A stretch of 64,000 nt of DNA from Blastocatellia bacterium (GTDB lineage: Bacteria; Acidobacteriota; Blastocatellia; UBA7656), in contig CAVXWP010000010.1 in NCBI GenBank assembly GCA_963765495.1, positions 105,682 to 169,681 of the forward strand, written 5' to 3'. The position numbers and the translations under genes are program-made. The notes under the pieces were generated by a model. It made no database searches. It saw only the letters and a list, made by a program, of their open reading frames with translations, and had not been told where the DNA came from. This document shows positions 21,801 to 30,769 of this stretch, piece by piece (position 1 is the first letter of the stretch; each line of letters starts with the position of its first letter).

Positions 21801-22153
21801 ACGGCGGCTGGATGGTGGTCTGGACCGCGAGAGGTGAGATCGAAGCGCGAGCGATGGTCACACGCCGAATCAAACCGCTCGAAGTCAACGGCCGATTGCT
21901 TCATCAAATCGGCATCCCTTTTCACTGGGGTTTTGCGGGCGAGACTATAGGCTCGGTGGCCAACGACCTCACATCAATAGTGCTGGACCCGAACGTGAGC
22001 ATCCACGAAGCAAAGGCGTTCGCCTGTAACGTGCGGGCAGGGCGGCTGACTCGTAGCGTCGAAGAGAAGGCTTCGCCTGCGGCCCCGTGGCCTACCAGAG
22101 AGCCTGCGCCCGACACGCCGGATTCGGATCAGCCGGAGGGACAGGCGATATGA
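18893..22153 (+). CDS. fdnG: Selenocysteine-containing formate dehydrogenase alpha subunit (FdnG/FdoG family)
   Basis: ORFs 18893-19462 and 19475-22153 are in frame across TGA 19460-19462, giving ENQARI-U-HSASVPGLGISFGRGA (cf. FdnG RVUH); CPYCAVGC 4Fe-4S motif; MRGH; SECIS follows the UGA. Confidence 0.93.
19474..19492 (+). promoter_or_regulatory. Bacterial SECIS element
   Basis: GGTGCCC-GGTCT-GGGCATC stem-loop begins 11 nt after the UGA, with a GGUC apical loop as in E. coli fdh SECIS elements. Confidence 0.88.
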
Positions 22154-22962
22154 TTAAACAATTCCTTGAAGCCTTCGAGCGTCCCACACCTCCTGACGCA
22201 AAACAGGAAATGGGGTTCTTCACCGATACGACGGTGTGCATAGGATGCAAAGCGTGCGAGGTAGCCTGCAAGCAATGGAATCAACTCCCGGCAGACGGCT
22301 TTCACTGGACGGGCAACAGCTATGACAACACGGTGACTCTATCGGATACGACGTGGCGGCACGTTGCATTTGTAGAGCAGTTGGACGGCCAACGCGGAAC
22401 AGACCGATGGCTTATGATGAGCGATGTCTGCAAGCATTGCGCGGCGGCCCCGTGCCAGGAAGCCTGTCCTACGGGCTCGATAATCTACAATGAATTCAGC
22501 AACGTCTATGTCCAGCAGGACATCTGCAACGGGTGCGGCTATTGCGTGGCCGCCTGTCCATTTGGGGTGATTGCGCGCAACGAAGCCGACGGGCGGGCGC
22601 ACAAATGCACGCTCTGTTATGACCGGCAAAAAGACGGCCTTGAGCCTGCCTGCGCGAAGGCATGTCCCACCGATTCGATTCAATTCGGACCCGTAGTCGA
22701 GCTTAAACAGAAAGCCAGAAGGCGAGTCGAGCAACTGCACGAGCGCGGCCTAAGCGAAGCATATCTTTACGGCGACGAGGCTATGGGAGAGTACAGCGCG
22801 CTGAATTCTTTCTTTTTGCTGATGGACAGGCCATCGGTTTACAACCTGCCCGAAGCGCCGCGCAGACCGCGAGCGCACATGAAGACAAATTATCTGTTCA
22901 GCTTTGGCGCGGCGCTCGGACTTGCTGCCGCGTCTGCTTTCCTGCTTGCGAAAGGGAAATGA
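22150..22962 (+). CDS. fdnH: Formate dehydrogenase iron-sulfur beta subunit
   Basis: ATG overlaps the alpha stop; CIGCKACEVAC, CKHCAAAPC, CNGCGYC, KCTLC; C-terminal TM. Confidence 0.9.
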   Translation: MIKQFLEAFERPTPPDAKQEMGFFTDTTVCIGCKACEVACKQWNQLPADGFHWTGNSYDNTVTLSDTTWRHVAFVEQLDGQRGTDRWLMMSDVCKHCAAAPCQEACPTGSIIYNEFSNVYVQQDICNGCGYCVAACPFGVIARNEADGRAHKCTLCYDRQKDGLEPACAKACPTDSIQFGPVVELKQKARRRVEQLHERGLSEAYLYGDEAMGEYSALNSFFLLMDRPSVYNLPEAPRRPRAHMKTNYLFSFGAALGLAAASAFLLAKGK

Positions 22963-22963
22963 G

Positions 22964-23995
22964 ATGGCTGTAGAAATGAAAGCGCGAGAAATCACTGAAT
23001 GGCTGCCCGAATTTTCGCCCGTGGTTGATCTCGTAAAACGCGCGACTCCAGAAAAAGCCGCCCGCGCAGAAGCGGAAGAAGGTTATTACGGGGTGCCGCT
23101 TCTAAAGCGCCCCTCGTGGCGTTGGGAGATAGCCCTCTATTTCTTCTTTGAAGGAATCTCTTCGGGGTCTTTTATTTTGAGCAGCCTGGCTGATATGTTC
23201 GGGCGGGAGCGTTACCGCGATCTTGTTCAAGCAGGTTATTACACGTCGTTCCTCTCGCTTCTGCCCTGTCCGCCGCTGCTTATAGCCGACCTCGGTCGCC
23301 CCGAGCGATTCCATCACATGTTGCGTATCTTCAAACCATCTTCGCCGATGAATCTGGGAGCGTGGGCGCTCACGGCCTTCAGCCTCCCCAATTCATTTCT
23401 CACTGTTCGCCAGTTGACGGGCGACGGCCCCTCTAAGAATGAGAGCAGACTCGCGCCCGCGCCATTGGCAGGCGCGATGGGTCTCCCTTTCGCAATCACG
23501 ATGGCGAGCTACCCCGGCGTCCTGCTCTCAACGACAAGCACGCCCATCTGGTCGAAGAGTCGTTTCCTCGGCGCGCTGATGGCTTGCAGTTCGATCAGCA
23601 CAGGCGCGGCGGCCGTCTCGCTCGCCCTCGCCATAAGCAGTGAGACTTCGAGCGACCCACTCGAAACGCTGGAGAAGATCGGGCAGGTTTCAAGGCTCTG
23701 CGAAGGGGCGGCGCTTGCGGCCTACTTAGTCACAACCGGAGACGCGGCGCGCCCTCTTGTGAAGGGAAAGTACAGCCCGCAATTCTGGCTCGGCGCAGTG
23801 GGCGCAGGTCTTGTGCTGCCGACAATTCTTGAGGGCAAATCCTCAAGCAAGCGAAAAAAGAGCCTGGCATCAACCATCCTGAGTTCGGCGCTGACGCTTG
23901 CCGGGGGACTTGCGCTCAAGTGGGCGGTGACATACGCCGGGCGAGAATCCGCCGAAGATATAGAAGCTACTCGAACATCCTTTAAGAGATTGTGA
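22964..23995 (+). CDS. NrfD/PsrC-family membrane anchor of the formate dehydrogenase
   Basis: YYGVPLLKRPSWRWEIALYFF, LIADLGRPERFHHMLRIFKPSSPMNLGAW. Confidence 0.88.
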   Translation: MAVEMKAREITEWLPEFSPVVDLVKRATPEKAARAEAEEGYYGVPLLKRPSWRWEIALYFFFEGISSGSFILSSLADMFGRERYRDLVQAGYYTSFLSLLPCPPLLIADLGRPERFHHMLRIFKPSSPMNLGAWALTAFSLPNSFLTVRQLTGDGPSKNESRLAPAPLAGAMGLPFAITMASYPGVLLSTTSTPIWSKSRFLGALMACSSISTGAAAVSLALAISSETSSDPLETLEKIGQVSRLCEGAALAAYLVTTGDAARPLVKGKYSPQFWLGAVGAGLVLPTILEGKSSSKRKKSLASTILSSALTLAGGLALKWAVTYAGRESAEDIEATRTSFKRL

Positions 23996-24002
23996 GGGAA
24001 TA

Positions 24003-24674
24003 ATGCGATTGCTTGTAGTAGAAGACGAACCGAAGGTTGCAAGCTTTATCAAGCGGGGGCTTGAAGAGGCCGGGCATGTAGTCGATGTAGCCTATACGGG
24101 CTGTGATGGCGAATATCTTGCTGCCATAAATTTCTATGATGTGATGTTGCTTGATTGCCTTCTGCCGGATAAGGATGGTCGGCAGGTCTGCCGCGATCTG
24201 CGCGCCCGGGGCAGGACCGTGCCTGCCTTGATGGTGACGGCGAAAGATACAACCGCCGACAAGATAATCGGCTTCGATAGCGGGGCCGATCAATATTTGA
24301 CTAAGCCCTTCGATTTCGGCGAACTGTTGTCGCGCATACGCGCTCTGGGCCGTCACGCGCAATCGATGCCGGTTTGCCAGCTGGCCGTGGCTAATCTGAC
24401 CCTGGACCCGCTTTCACGGCAGGCGCGTAGAGATCATAAGACGATTTCGCTCACAAACAAGGAGTACCTGCTGCTCGAATTGCTGGTGCGGCGCGCGGGA
24501 CAGATCATCACCCGCACAGAGATCATCGAGCAGGTGTGGGACTTGCATCACGACCCAACTACCAACACCGTTGATGTGCTGGTGAAGAATCTTCGGGACA
24601 AGATAGATCGGGAATTCGAACCTAAGCTCATCAAGACCGTTCGAGGCGTAGGCTATACGATAAGTCCCGATTAG
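24003..24674 (+). CDS. OmpR/CusR-like response regulator
   Basis: LLVVEDE, LLDCLLP, GADQYLTKPF, C-terminal wHTH LIKTVRGVGY. Confidence 0.95.
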   Translation: MRLLVVEDEPKVASFIKRGLEEAGHVVDVAYTGCDGEYLAAINFYDVMLLDCLLPDKDGRQVCRDLRARGRTVPALMVTAKDTTADKIIGFDSGADQYLTKPFDFGELLSRIRALGRHAQSMPVCQLAVANLTLDPLSRQARRDHKTISLTNKEYLLLELLVRRAGQIITRTEIIEQVWDLHHDPTTNTVDVLVKNLRDKIDREFEPKLIKTVRGVGYTISPD

Positions 24675-24691
24675 CAAAGGAGCACATAGTT

Positions 24692-25177
24692 ATGAATTTA
24701 CTGGATCGGCTCACGGATGATCACAAAGAGGCGCTGGCGCTGATCGGCAGTCTTGAAGGCTCGGTCCTTCATGAACCGCCTCGCTCAAAGAGTGAGATTT
24801 TCTCTGAGCTAAAACAGAAGCTTGAGCATCACACAAAGATCGAGGAGCAATTCTTTTACCCGGTGCTCGAAAGATTCGAGGAGACTCGCGACGTTTTGTC
24901 GGAGGCTTACAAGGATCATCAGAGAGTAGATGAACTGCTTTCTCAATTGAGCGATTATAAAAAGAATAGTCAGGGGCAAAGCTGGGAGGCGGCTCTTAAT
25001 GATTTGAAGTCAAGCGTCAGCCGACACATTGAAAAAGAAGAGACGGAGCTTTTTCCAAAAGCCAGGAATTTGATAGGACTGGCCCAACTCGAAGAAGCTT
25101 ATTACGAGATTGAAAGGCTAGAAAGCGGCCAATCCAAACGCGACAGCCTGATATTTCCGGCAAGCCGCCTCGGCTGA
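24692..25177 (+). CDS. Hemerythrin/HHE cation-binding domain protein
   Basis: LTDDH...HHTKIEEQFFYP...DHQRV...RHIEKEETELFP. Confidence 0.88.
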   Translation: MNLLDRLTDDHKEALALIGSLEGSVLHEPPRSKSEIFSELKQKLEHHTKIEEQFFYPVLERFEETRDVLSEAYKDHQRVDELLSQLSDYKKNSQGQSWEAALNDLKSSVSRHIEKEETELFPKARNLIGLAQLEEAYYEIERLESGQSKRDSLIFPASRLG

Positions 25178-25183
25178 ATGGAG

Positions 25184-25316
25184 AGTGATACGTGAAGCGT
25201 GACACGTGATGCGTGACGCAAGCAGGCTTGCAAACTTTATTAACCTTGCGCTCTACCTGATAGCCACGAATCACGAATCACGCTTCATGTATCACGCTTC
25301 ATGTATCACGCTTCAC
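25184..25316. repeat. Heptamer inverted-repeat element
   Basis: gtgatac gtgaagc gtgacac gtgatgc gtga ... cacgaa tcacgaa tcacgct tcatgta tcacgct tcatgta tcacgct tcac. Confidence 0.8.
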
Positions 25317-25357
25317 CGACAGGCTCATTTGCCGCTCCCAAGATGACTTAATCTGTT

Positions 25358-26836
25358 ATGGCGCTGACGTTTCGCCTTCGACTCACGATATGGTATGTCG
25401 CCGTGATGGGATGTCTACTTACGCTCACGGCTGCGGGGCTGATTTACTCTCTCCATCGCATCGCGCAAAAGAGATTTGACACGCAACTCTGGATGTTGAG
25501 CAGGAAGGAGGCCGAAGCGATCACGCCGCAGTTGCGCGAGCGCAAACCGAATCAGACAGATGTTTTTCTCCTCCTCGATGGGCCTCTCGGCAAACCGGCG
25601 GAATCTGCAAACAGGTATCCGCAAGAATATGTGACCGTCCTTGATGACAGGGGCCGGACAGCCGGGCTCTCTGCAATTCTCGCTAACCCTTTGCCCACAA
25701 ACGAGACTCTTTTTGCGCGGAGTCTTCAAGGAGAGGTCGTTTATCAGACCGCAGAAGTAGAGGGCGCGGGTCCGCTTCGAATAGTTTACACACCGATTCG
25801 CCTGCCCGCCGTTCCGCGCCCGTTTGTCGTGATGCTTGGAATGCCGGAGTCATTTGTAGGCAGCGAAATCAGAGGGCTTGAAGTTGTGTTTGCCCTCGGG
25901 CTGATCTCCATACTGCTGCTCACGGCAGCAAGCGCCATGCTGCTTGCGGAGCGGGCCATAAAACCTATCGAAGAGATTATGTCCGCAGCCGAATCAATTA
26001 CCGCATCGGAGTTGCGAAGGCGACTTCCGGCATCCCGCATAAATGATCCCATCGGGCGGCTGGCCGATGTGCTCAATCAGATGCTCGGACGACTCGATGC
26101 CTCATTTGAAGCGCAACGTAACTTCACGGCGCGCGCAGCCCACGAACTGCGCACGCCGCTGACTATACTAAAGGGTGAAGCCCAGGTAGCCCTTCGGCGC
26201 AAACGATCGGTTGAAGAATACGAGGCCCTGCTTTCGAGCAATCTCGAAGAAATAGAGAAGCTCGTAGTTATGATCGACGAATTGCTCTTGCTCGCCCGCT
26301 ACGAAGGAGGGGAGATGGCCGCGCCGCGAGATCCGGTTCGACTCGATGAGATTGTGGCCGGGGTGGCAACGGGGCTTACTGCCGTAGCCGATGATTTTGG
26401 AATTGATCTGCAGGCTGTAACCGATGAGTCATTGACCGTAGAAGGCGACTCGAAAGCCCTCGAAAGGCTGGCCGCCAATCTCGTGGGAAACGCCCTTCGC
26501 TACACACTCCAGGGCGGACGGGTCACGGCTCGCGTCAAAGGCGAGGACCATCACGCCAACCTGATCGTGGAGGACACAGGCGTGGGCATTGCCGCAGAAG
26601 ATATGCCCTACATCTTTCAACAATTCTATAGAAGCCCAGCGGCGCGAAGGATGCGACCCGAAGGTACAGGACTCGGACTCGCCCTCTCGGCGGTAATCGC
26701 GCATCTGCACGGAGCCTCGATCAACGTGACAAGCGATAAAGGAGCGGGCACGCGAGTAGTGGTAAGCTTTCCGCTCTATCAGTCAGACCTGCCCGCGCAA
26801 CCGGCTACGGATTCGGTGCGAAAACCCAAAGACTGA
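25358..26836 (+). CDS. HAMP sensor histidine kinase (CusS-like)
   Basis: Two TMs, HAMP, AHELRTPL, ANLVGNALRY, DTGVGI, GTGLGL. Confidence 0.95.
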   Translation: MALTFRLRLTIWYVAVMGCLLTLTAAGLIYSLHRIAQKRFDTQLWMLSRKEAEAITPQLRERKPNQTDVFLLLDGPLGKPAESANRYPQEYVTVLDDRGRTAGLSAILANPLPTNETLFARSLQGEVVYQTAEVEGAGPLRIVYTPIRLPAVPRPFVVMLGMPESFVGSEIRGLEVVFALGLISILLLTAASAMLLAERAIKPIEEIMSAAESITASELRRRLPASRINDPIGRLADVLNQMLGRLDASFEAQRNFTARAAHELRTPLTILKGEAQVALRRKRSVEEYEALLSSNLEEIEKLVVMIDELLLLARYEGGEMAAPRDPVRLDEIVAGVATGLTAVADDFGIDLQAVTDESLTVEGDSKALERLAANLVGNALRYTLQGGRVTARVKGEDHHANLIVEDTGVGIAAEDMPYIFQQFYRSPAARRMRPEGTGLGLALSAVIAHLHGASINVTSDKGAGTRVVVSFPLYQSDLPAQPATDSVRKPKD

Positions 26837-26855
26837 TCGAGGTCATCCCGGCTTG

Positions 26856-26909
26856 CTGAAAAAAAATTCATCTTCTTTTCATAAGCTCTTAATTGAAAGA
26901 AGGTATATT
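26856..26909 (+). promoter_or_regulatory. Second copy of the putative OmpR-type promoter
   Basis: CTGAAAAAAAATTCATCTTCTTTTCATAAGCTCTTAA-N11-TATATT aligns without gaps to 5810-5863. Confidence 0.55.
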
Positions 26910-26992
26910 CGAAGTCCGGCCGCTCACTTGAGCGAGGTCGGCGCAACGACCCGGCATACGGGTCTGATTTCGAGTCGGCAACCTTCTGTACA

Positions 26993-27208
26993 TTGGGCGA
27001 GAGACAAAAGATAAATGCAAAAAACAGCCCGCCGGATCGTCTTTCGGCGAATGAAGAAATCTCAACCCCGGCCTACACGAGGCAGTATCAGAGCAAGAAC
27101 CTGAACTGGCGCAAGACGTGGCTCTTTCTGCTTATACTCGCGCTCATAGCTCTCATCCTCACTATGATACTCGGCTATTTTGCGTTCCGACCAAACGATC
27201 ATCTGTAA
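26993..27208 (+). CDS. Small hypothetical membrane protein
   Basis: 71 aa with a clear C-terminal hydrophobic helix (WLFLLILALIALILTMILGYFAF); lies downstream of the conserved promoter; TTG start. Confidence 0.45.
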   Translation: MGERQKINAKNSPPDRLSANEEISTPAYTRQYQSKNLNWRKTWLFLLILALIALILTMILGYFAFRPNDHL

Positions 27209-27506
27209 GCGAACAGAGAATAGGCCCCGGGCGCGAAAAGCGCGACGGATTCCCCCCAATCAAATCTTATAGCGGGTTGCGATCGTGTTTAGCTGTAGGG
27301 GCGATTGGCGCCTGATATGCTTTGCACGGCGCGGGCTTGTCCCCGCTCGGATTGGCCGAAGGCTAATGACAGTCATCGCCCGCCGTGTGCTTTGAAAATC
27401 GCTATAGATGAGTTTATCTATGTGAATCCGTATGGCCCTGAAAAAACCGGAGCCATTCAGTTTTTTTGACGGCCGCTAGTTTTGTGCTAAGGTTCAACCA
27501 TTACAT

Positions 27507-28247
27507 ATGACGACGAAGAAAAACGACATCGCCATGGTTGATTCAATCGCTTCCCTTCAGGATCGAATCATAGACTGCGCGCTCTGTCCGCGACTCGTAG
27601 AGTGGCGCGCTCGCGTGGCGCGAGAGAAAGTGCGGCGGTTTGAAACCGAGGAATACTGGGGCAGCCCCGTGCCCAGTTTCGGCGACCCTTGCGCGCGTTT
27701 GCTCATCATAGGTCTTGCCCCGGCGGCCCACGGGGCCAATCGCACAGGCCGAATGTTTACGGGCGACCGCAGCGGCCTCTGGCTCTATCGCGCCCTGCAC
27801 CGAGCAGGCTTTGCCAATCAAACCGAGTCCTCGCATCGAGGTGACGGACTTGAATTGAGTGACTGTTTTATTACGGCAGTAATTCATTGCGCGCCGCCTG
27901 AAAACAGACCTCTGCCCGAAGAAAAACGAAATTGCCGCCCCTACCTGATTGAAGAGATTCGCCTGCTCGGCCGTCTCCGCGTAGTCGTAGCTCTCGGGCG
28001 CATAGCCTTTGACGCAGCAATTGCCGCGTTCAAATCGGAGGCCGGTACCACCCGTTCAAATGTAGGGGCGACCGAAGGCAAACCCCGGTTTGCTCACGGC
28101 GCTGAATACGATCTGCGAGATGATTTGACGCTCATCGCGTCGTTTCATCCAAGCCAGCAGAATACCTTCACAGGCCGGTTGACCGAACCCATGCTGGATC
28201 TGATTTTTTCCCGCGCCCGCGAGATCATAAATAAAAGTTCAAGATAA
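27507..28247 (+). CDS. Uracil-DNA glycosylase, family 5 (UdgB-like)
   Basis: CALCPRL, GLAPAAHGANRTGRMFTGDRSG, HCAPPENRP, FHPSQQNTFTGRLT. Confidence 0.92.
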   Translation: MTTKKNDIAMVDSIASLQDRIIDCALCPRLVEWRARVAREKVRRFETEEYWGSPVPSFGDPCARLLIIGLAPAAHGANRTGRMFTGDRSGLWLYRALHRAGFANQTESSHRGDGLELSDCFITAVIHCAPPENRPLPEEKRNCRPYLIEEIRLLGRLRVVVALGRIAFDAAIAAFKSEAGTTRSNVGATEGKPRFAHGAEYDLRDDLTLIASFHPSQQNTFTGRLTEPMLDLIFSRAREIINKSSR

Positions 28248-28295
28248 CGATTTTAAGAATTGATGCCGCTTTAAGAATTGACGCCGCAAAACCCT

Positions 28296-28333
28296 GAGGG
28301 GCCGATGCCGGTTTTCGCCAGCATCGGCCCCTC
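28296..28333. terminator. GC-rich hairpin between convergent genes (probable intrinsic terminator)
   Basis: GAGGGGCCGATGC...GCATCGGCCCCTC 13-bp stem, followed by a short T run on the minus strand. Confidence 0.65.
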
Positions 28334-28380
28334 CCCTGTACACTCATCCCCTTGCTCCCTGCCTTACCCTTCGCCTGAGA

Positions 28381-30585
28381 TCACTTGTTCTTGTTCTTCT
28401 TCTTCTTCAACTTCGCTTTTACTGCTTTGATTATGAAATTCTCGTCACACTCATCCTGCCCCGTGTAACGGGAATCTCCGTAAGCGATCACACGCACTCG
28501 TACCTTCTTGCTCGGTGAATTCGGAACTACCCAGTTGTAACTCGTCGTCATGCCCGACAAGCCGTTTACAATGTCGGTCCACCTGCTGCCGCCGTCGACC
28601 GTGTATTGAATGTCCTGTCTGTAGAGCCCCGTGCCTGTTACGGTCCATTTTATCGTCAGCGTTTGCCCGCTCGATACCTTGATCCGAGTATTGGGTGAAA
28701 GGATGTGAACCACAGGCTCTACAGGCTCTCCCGCATCCACGGTGATCGTAGTCTGCGCGTTCGCGGTAGCGCCTCCGTTATCGGTCACCGTAAGACGCGC
28801 CAGATAAGTGCCCGGCGTCTGGTAATTGTGCTCGGGCGATGCGATGGCCGATGTCTGTCCGTCGCCAAAATCCCAACTGTATCCGACCACCTGCCCGTCC
28901 GGGTCGTTTGCAAAGACGGTGAAGCTCACCCGTAAGGGCGCGACCCCCGAAGTCCGCGACGCGGTGATCGTGACAACAGGCGACTGGTTCCCTGCTCCGG
29001 TCGCGGTTATCTGAACAGTGGCGCTTGCCATTGCGCCGCCGTTATCTGTTACCGTCAGTTTGGCAGTGAATGTGCCCGCGACCTGATAGACGTGTGAAGG
29101 CGATGCCTGAGACGAACTCTGCCCGTCGCCGAAATCCCAGTTGTATCCGACTACCTGCCCGTCGGGGTCGGAAGCATTCGAGGCAAAGGCGACCGCAAGT
29201 GGGGCCGCGCCCGATGTGGGCGTAGCCGATACGCTTACGGCGGGCGGCTGATTGCCGGGCGGATTTTCCGAGGGCATCTCTCGCGCCCCTATGTCGAAAG
29301 CGTTGCCCTGCGGGCGAGGAACCGACAGGTAATCGTTTAAGACCCCGGTGAGGCTTTCGCCGTGATCTATGACCGGGCTGTCGCTTGCGGGCAAGTACAT
29401 CTCTTCGGCATCGAGCATCGGGTCGGTTGTCATCGAATTGTGATCCGCGCCCATGCCCAGCTGCCAGTCGTTGAAATTCTCCCAGTAATGGCCGGCGCTG
29501 GGTGTCTCCTGCCAGAACTTGTATGTGCCGCCAGTCGGTCTGAACCATACGTTTGAATCTGAGACGAGCGGGTCCAATAGGTTCATCACAAAAGCCATCG
29601 GGCGACTGCTCAACACGACCACTATATTGTTTTTGAACCGGACCTGCTCGGCGGGAACTTCGCGGCCGTTCATAGTCACATAGAAACCGCCGTTGTAACT
29701 CTGCGCCACATCATAAAGCGTGTTGTTCTCGAAACTGATGTTCTTGCCCGAGTATGTGCCTAAGCCCGCGCCCTTCGTAGCGATAATAATGTTGTTGCGG
29801 GCTACCGAGTTCAGACATTCATAGGGAGTGCCGTTGCGCATGAACTCTTCGTCCGTATCCTGACCGAGCAGTATCCCTGAATGGCCCGTATGTTCTATTC
29901 GATTGCGCTCGATCACGCCGTTTGTGGCTCCGCCTTTGAGGTAAATCCCGGTCGTCGCGGTGTCGTGAATGTAGCAATCGCGTATCGTGATGCCTATCGA
30001 ACCTATTGAGTCGATGCCTTCGGCATTTGACGAATCGCGGACTCCCGATGGTCCTATCTCGCACTTTTCGATCAAAAGATTGTCGCAGTTGAATGTCTTG
30101 ACGCAATCGCGGCCCGAGTTGTAGATGCGGCAATTTGTTATAACGGCGTTGGTCGCCTCTTCGAGCTTCACCGCATAGTAGGAACCGCCTTGAATCTCAA
30201 GGTCTTTCAGCGTGATGTTATGCGCATAGATAATAAACAGAGAAGCCAGGTTGGTTTCATCGGTCGTGGAACCTGTGATGACAGCCTTCTCATCGGTGTA
30301 GGAAGAAAAAGTGAGGTTATCTTTATCAACCCAGAGGAAACGTGAAAATGTGTAAGTTCCTCCTCTGAGAATGATGTTATCGCCCGGCGAAGCGAGATCG
30401 AAAGCGTGTTTGACGGTCGCCACAGGCGAGTTGAGCGTGCCCGGATTTCCATCGTTACCGTTTGTAGAAACGTAAAGATTTGCAGCAGCAGCGTCTGTCG
30501 CGGCGGCGCTGAAAACAGAGACTGTAAGAATCAGACAAAAGAATACTATCAGTTTTTTTGTTTGTGCCATCTCATACCCCATCAA
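28381..30585 (-). CDS. Secreted right-handed beta-helix protein with two PKD domains and a Lys-rich C-terminal tail
   Basis: Signal peptide; YVSTNGNDGNPGT; PbH1-like repeats; PRPQGNAFDIGARE; two YxWDFGDG PKD repeats; ends KAKLKKKKNKNK. Confidence 0.85.
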   Translation of the reverse strand: MMGYEMAQTKKLIVFFCLILTVSVFSAAATDAAAANLYVSTNGNDGNPGTLNSPVATVKHAFDLASPGDNIILRGGTYTFSRFLWVDKDNLTFSSYTDEKAVITGSTTDETNLASLFIIYAHNITLKDLEIQGGSYYAVKLEEATNAVITNCRIYNSGRDCVKTFNCDNLLIEKCEIGPSGVRDSSNAEGIDSIGSIGITIRDCYIHDTATTGIYLKGGATNGVIERNRIEHTGHSGILLGQDTDEEFMRNGTPYECLNSVARNNIIIATKGAGLGTYSGKNISFENNTLYDVAQSYNGGFYVTMNGREVPAEQVRFKNNIVVVLSSRPMAFVMNLLDPLVSDSNVWFRPTGGTYKFWQETPSAGHYWENFNDWQLGMGADHNSMTTDPMLDAEEMYLPASDSPVIDHGESLTGVLNDYLSVPRPQGNAFDIGAREMPSENPPGNQPPAVSVSATPTSGAAPLAVAFASNASDPDGQVVGYNWDFGDGQSSSQASPSHVYQVAGTFTAKLTVTDNGGAMASATVQITATGAGNQSPVVTITASRTSGVAPLRVSFTVFANDPDGQVVGYSWDFGDGQTSAIASPEHNYQTPGTYLARLTVTDNGGATANAQTTITVDAGEPVEPVVHILSPNTRIKVSSGQTLTIKWTVTGTGLYRQDIQYTVDGGSRWTDIVNGLSGMTTSYNWVVPNSPSKKVRVRVIAYGDSRYTGQDECDENFIIKAVKAKLKKKKNKNK

Positions 30586-30769
30586 CAGCCGCCATGCTAT
30601 GGGCTTGTTACGCAGTACTCTTTTGGCTTGCGTTTTTGATCAGCCGATATGCTGGCGACCTGTGGTCCCACACGGCTCGGAGGCGAGGTTCCGTTGTGGT
30701 GCGGAGCCAGGTCTTGGGGACTTCCCGCTAGATTGGGAGTGAGATGGACCAACTCAGGTGGGGTCATCT

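Noticed and set aside
25184-25316. Possible CRISPR array (also 63467-63515 and 30881-30910)
   Set aside because: Units are 7-bp tandem repeats without unique spacers, and no cas genes are present.
27293-27350. GTAG-type REP remnant (GTAGGGGCG...GCGGGCTTGTCCCCGC), with a similar start inside the UDG gene at ~28062
   Set aside because: Too degenerate and too short to support without a genome-wide count.
28252-28287. 18-bp direct repeat TTTAAGAATTGAYGCCGC x2
   Set aside because: Only two copies next to a terminator, with no evidence of function; probably a slippage duplication.
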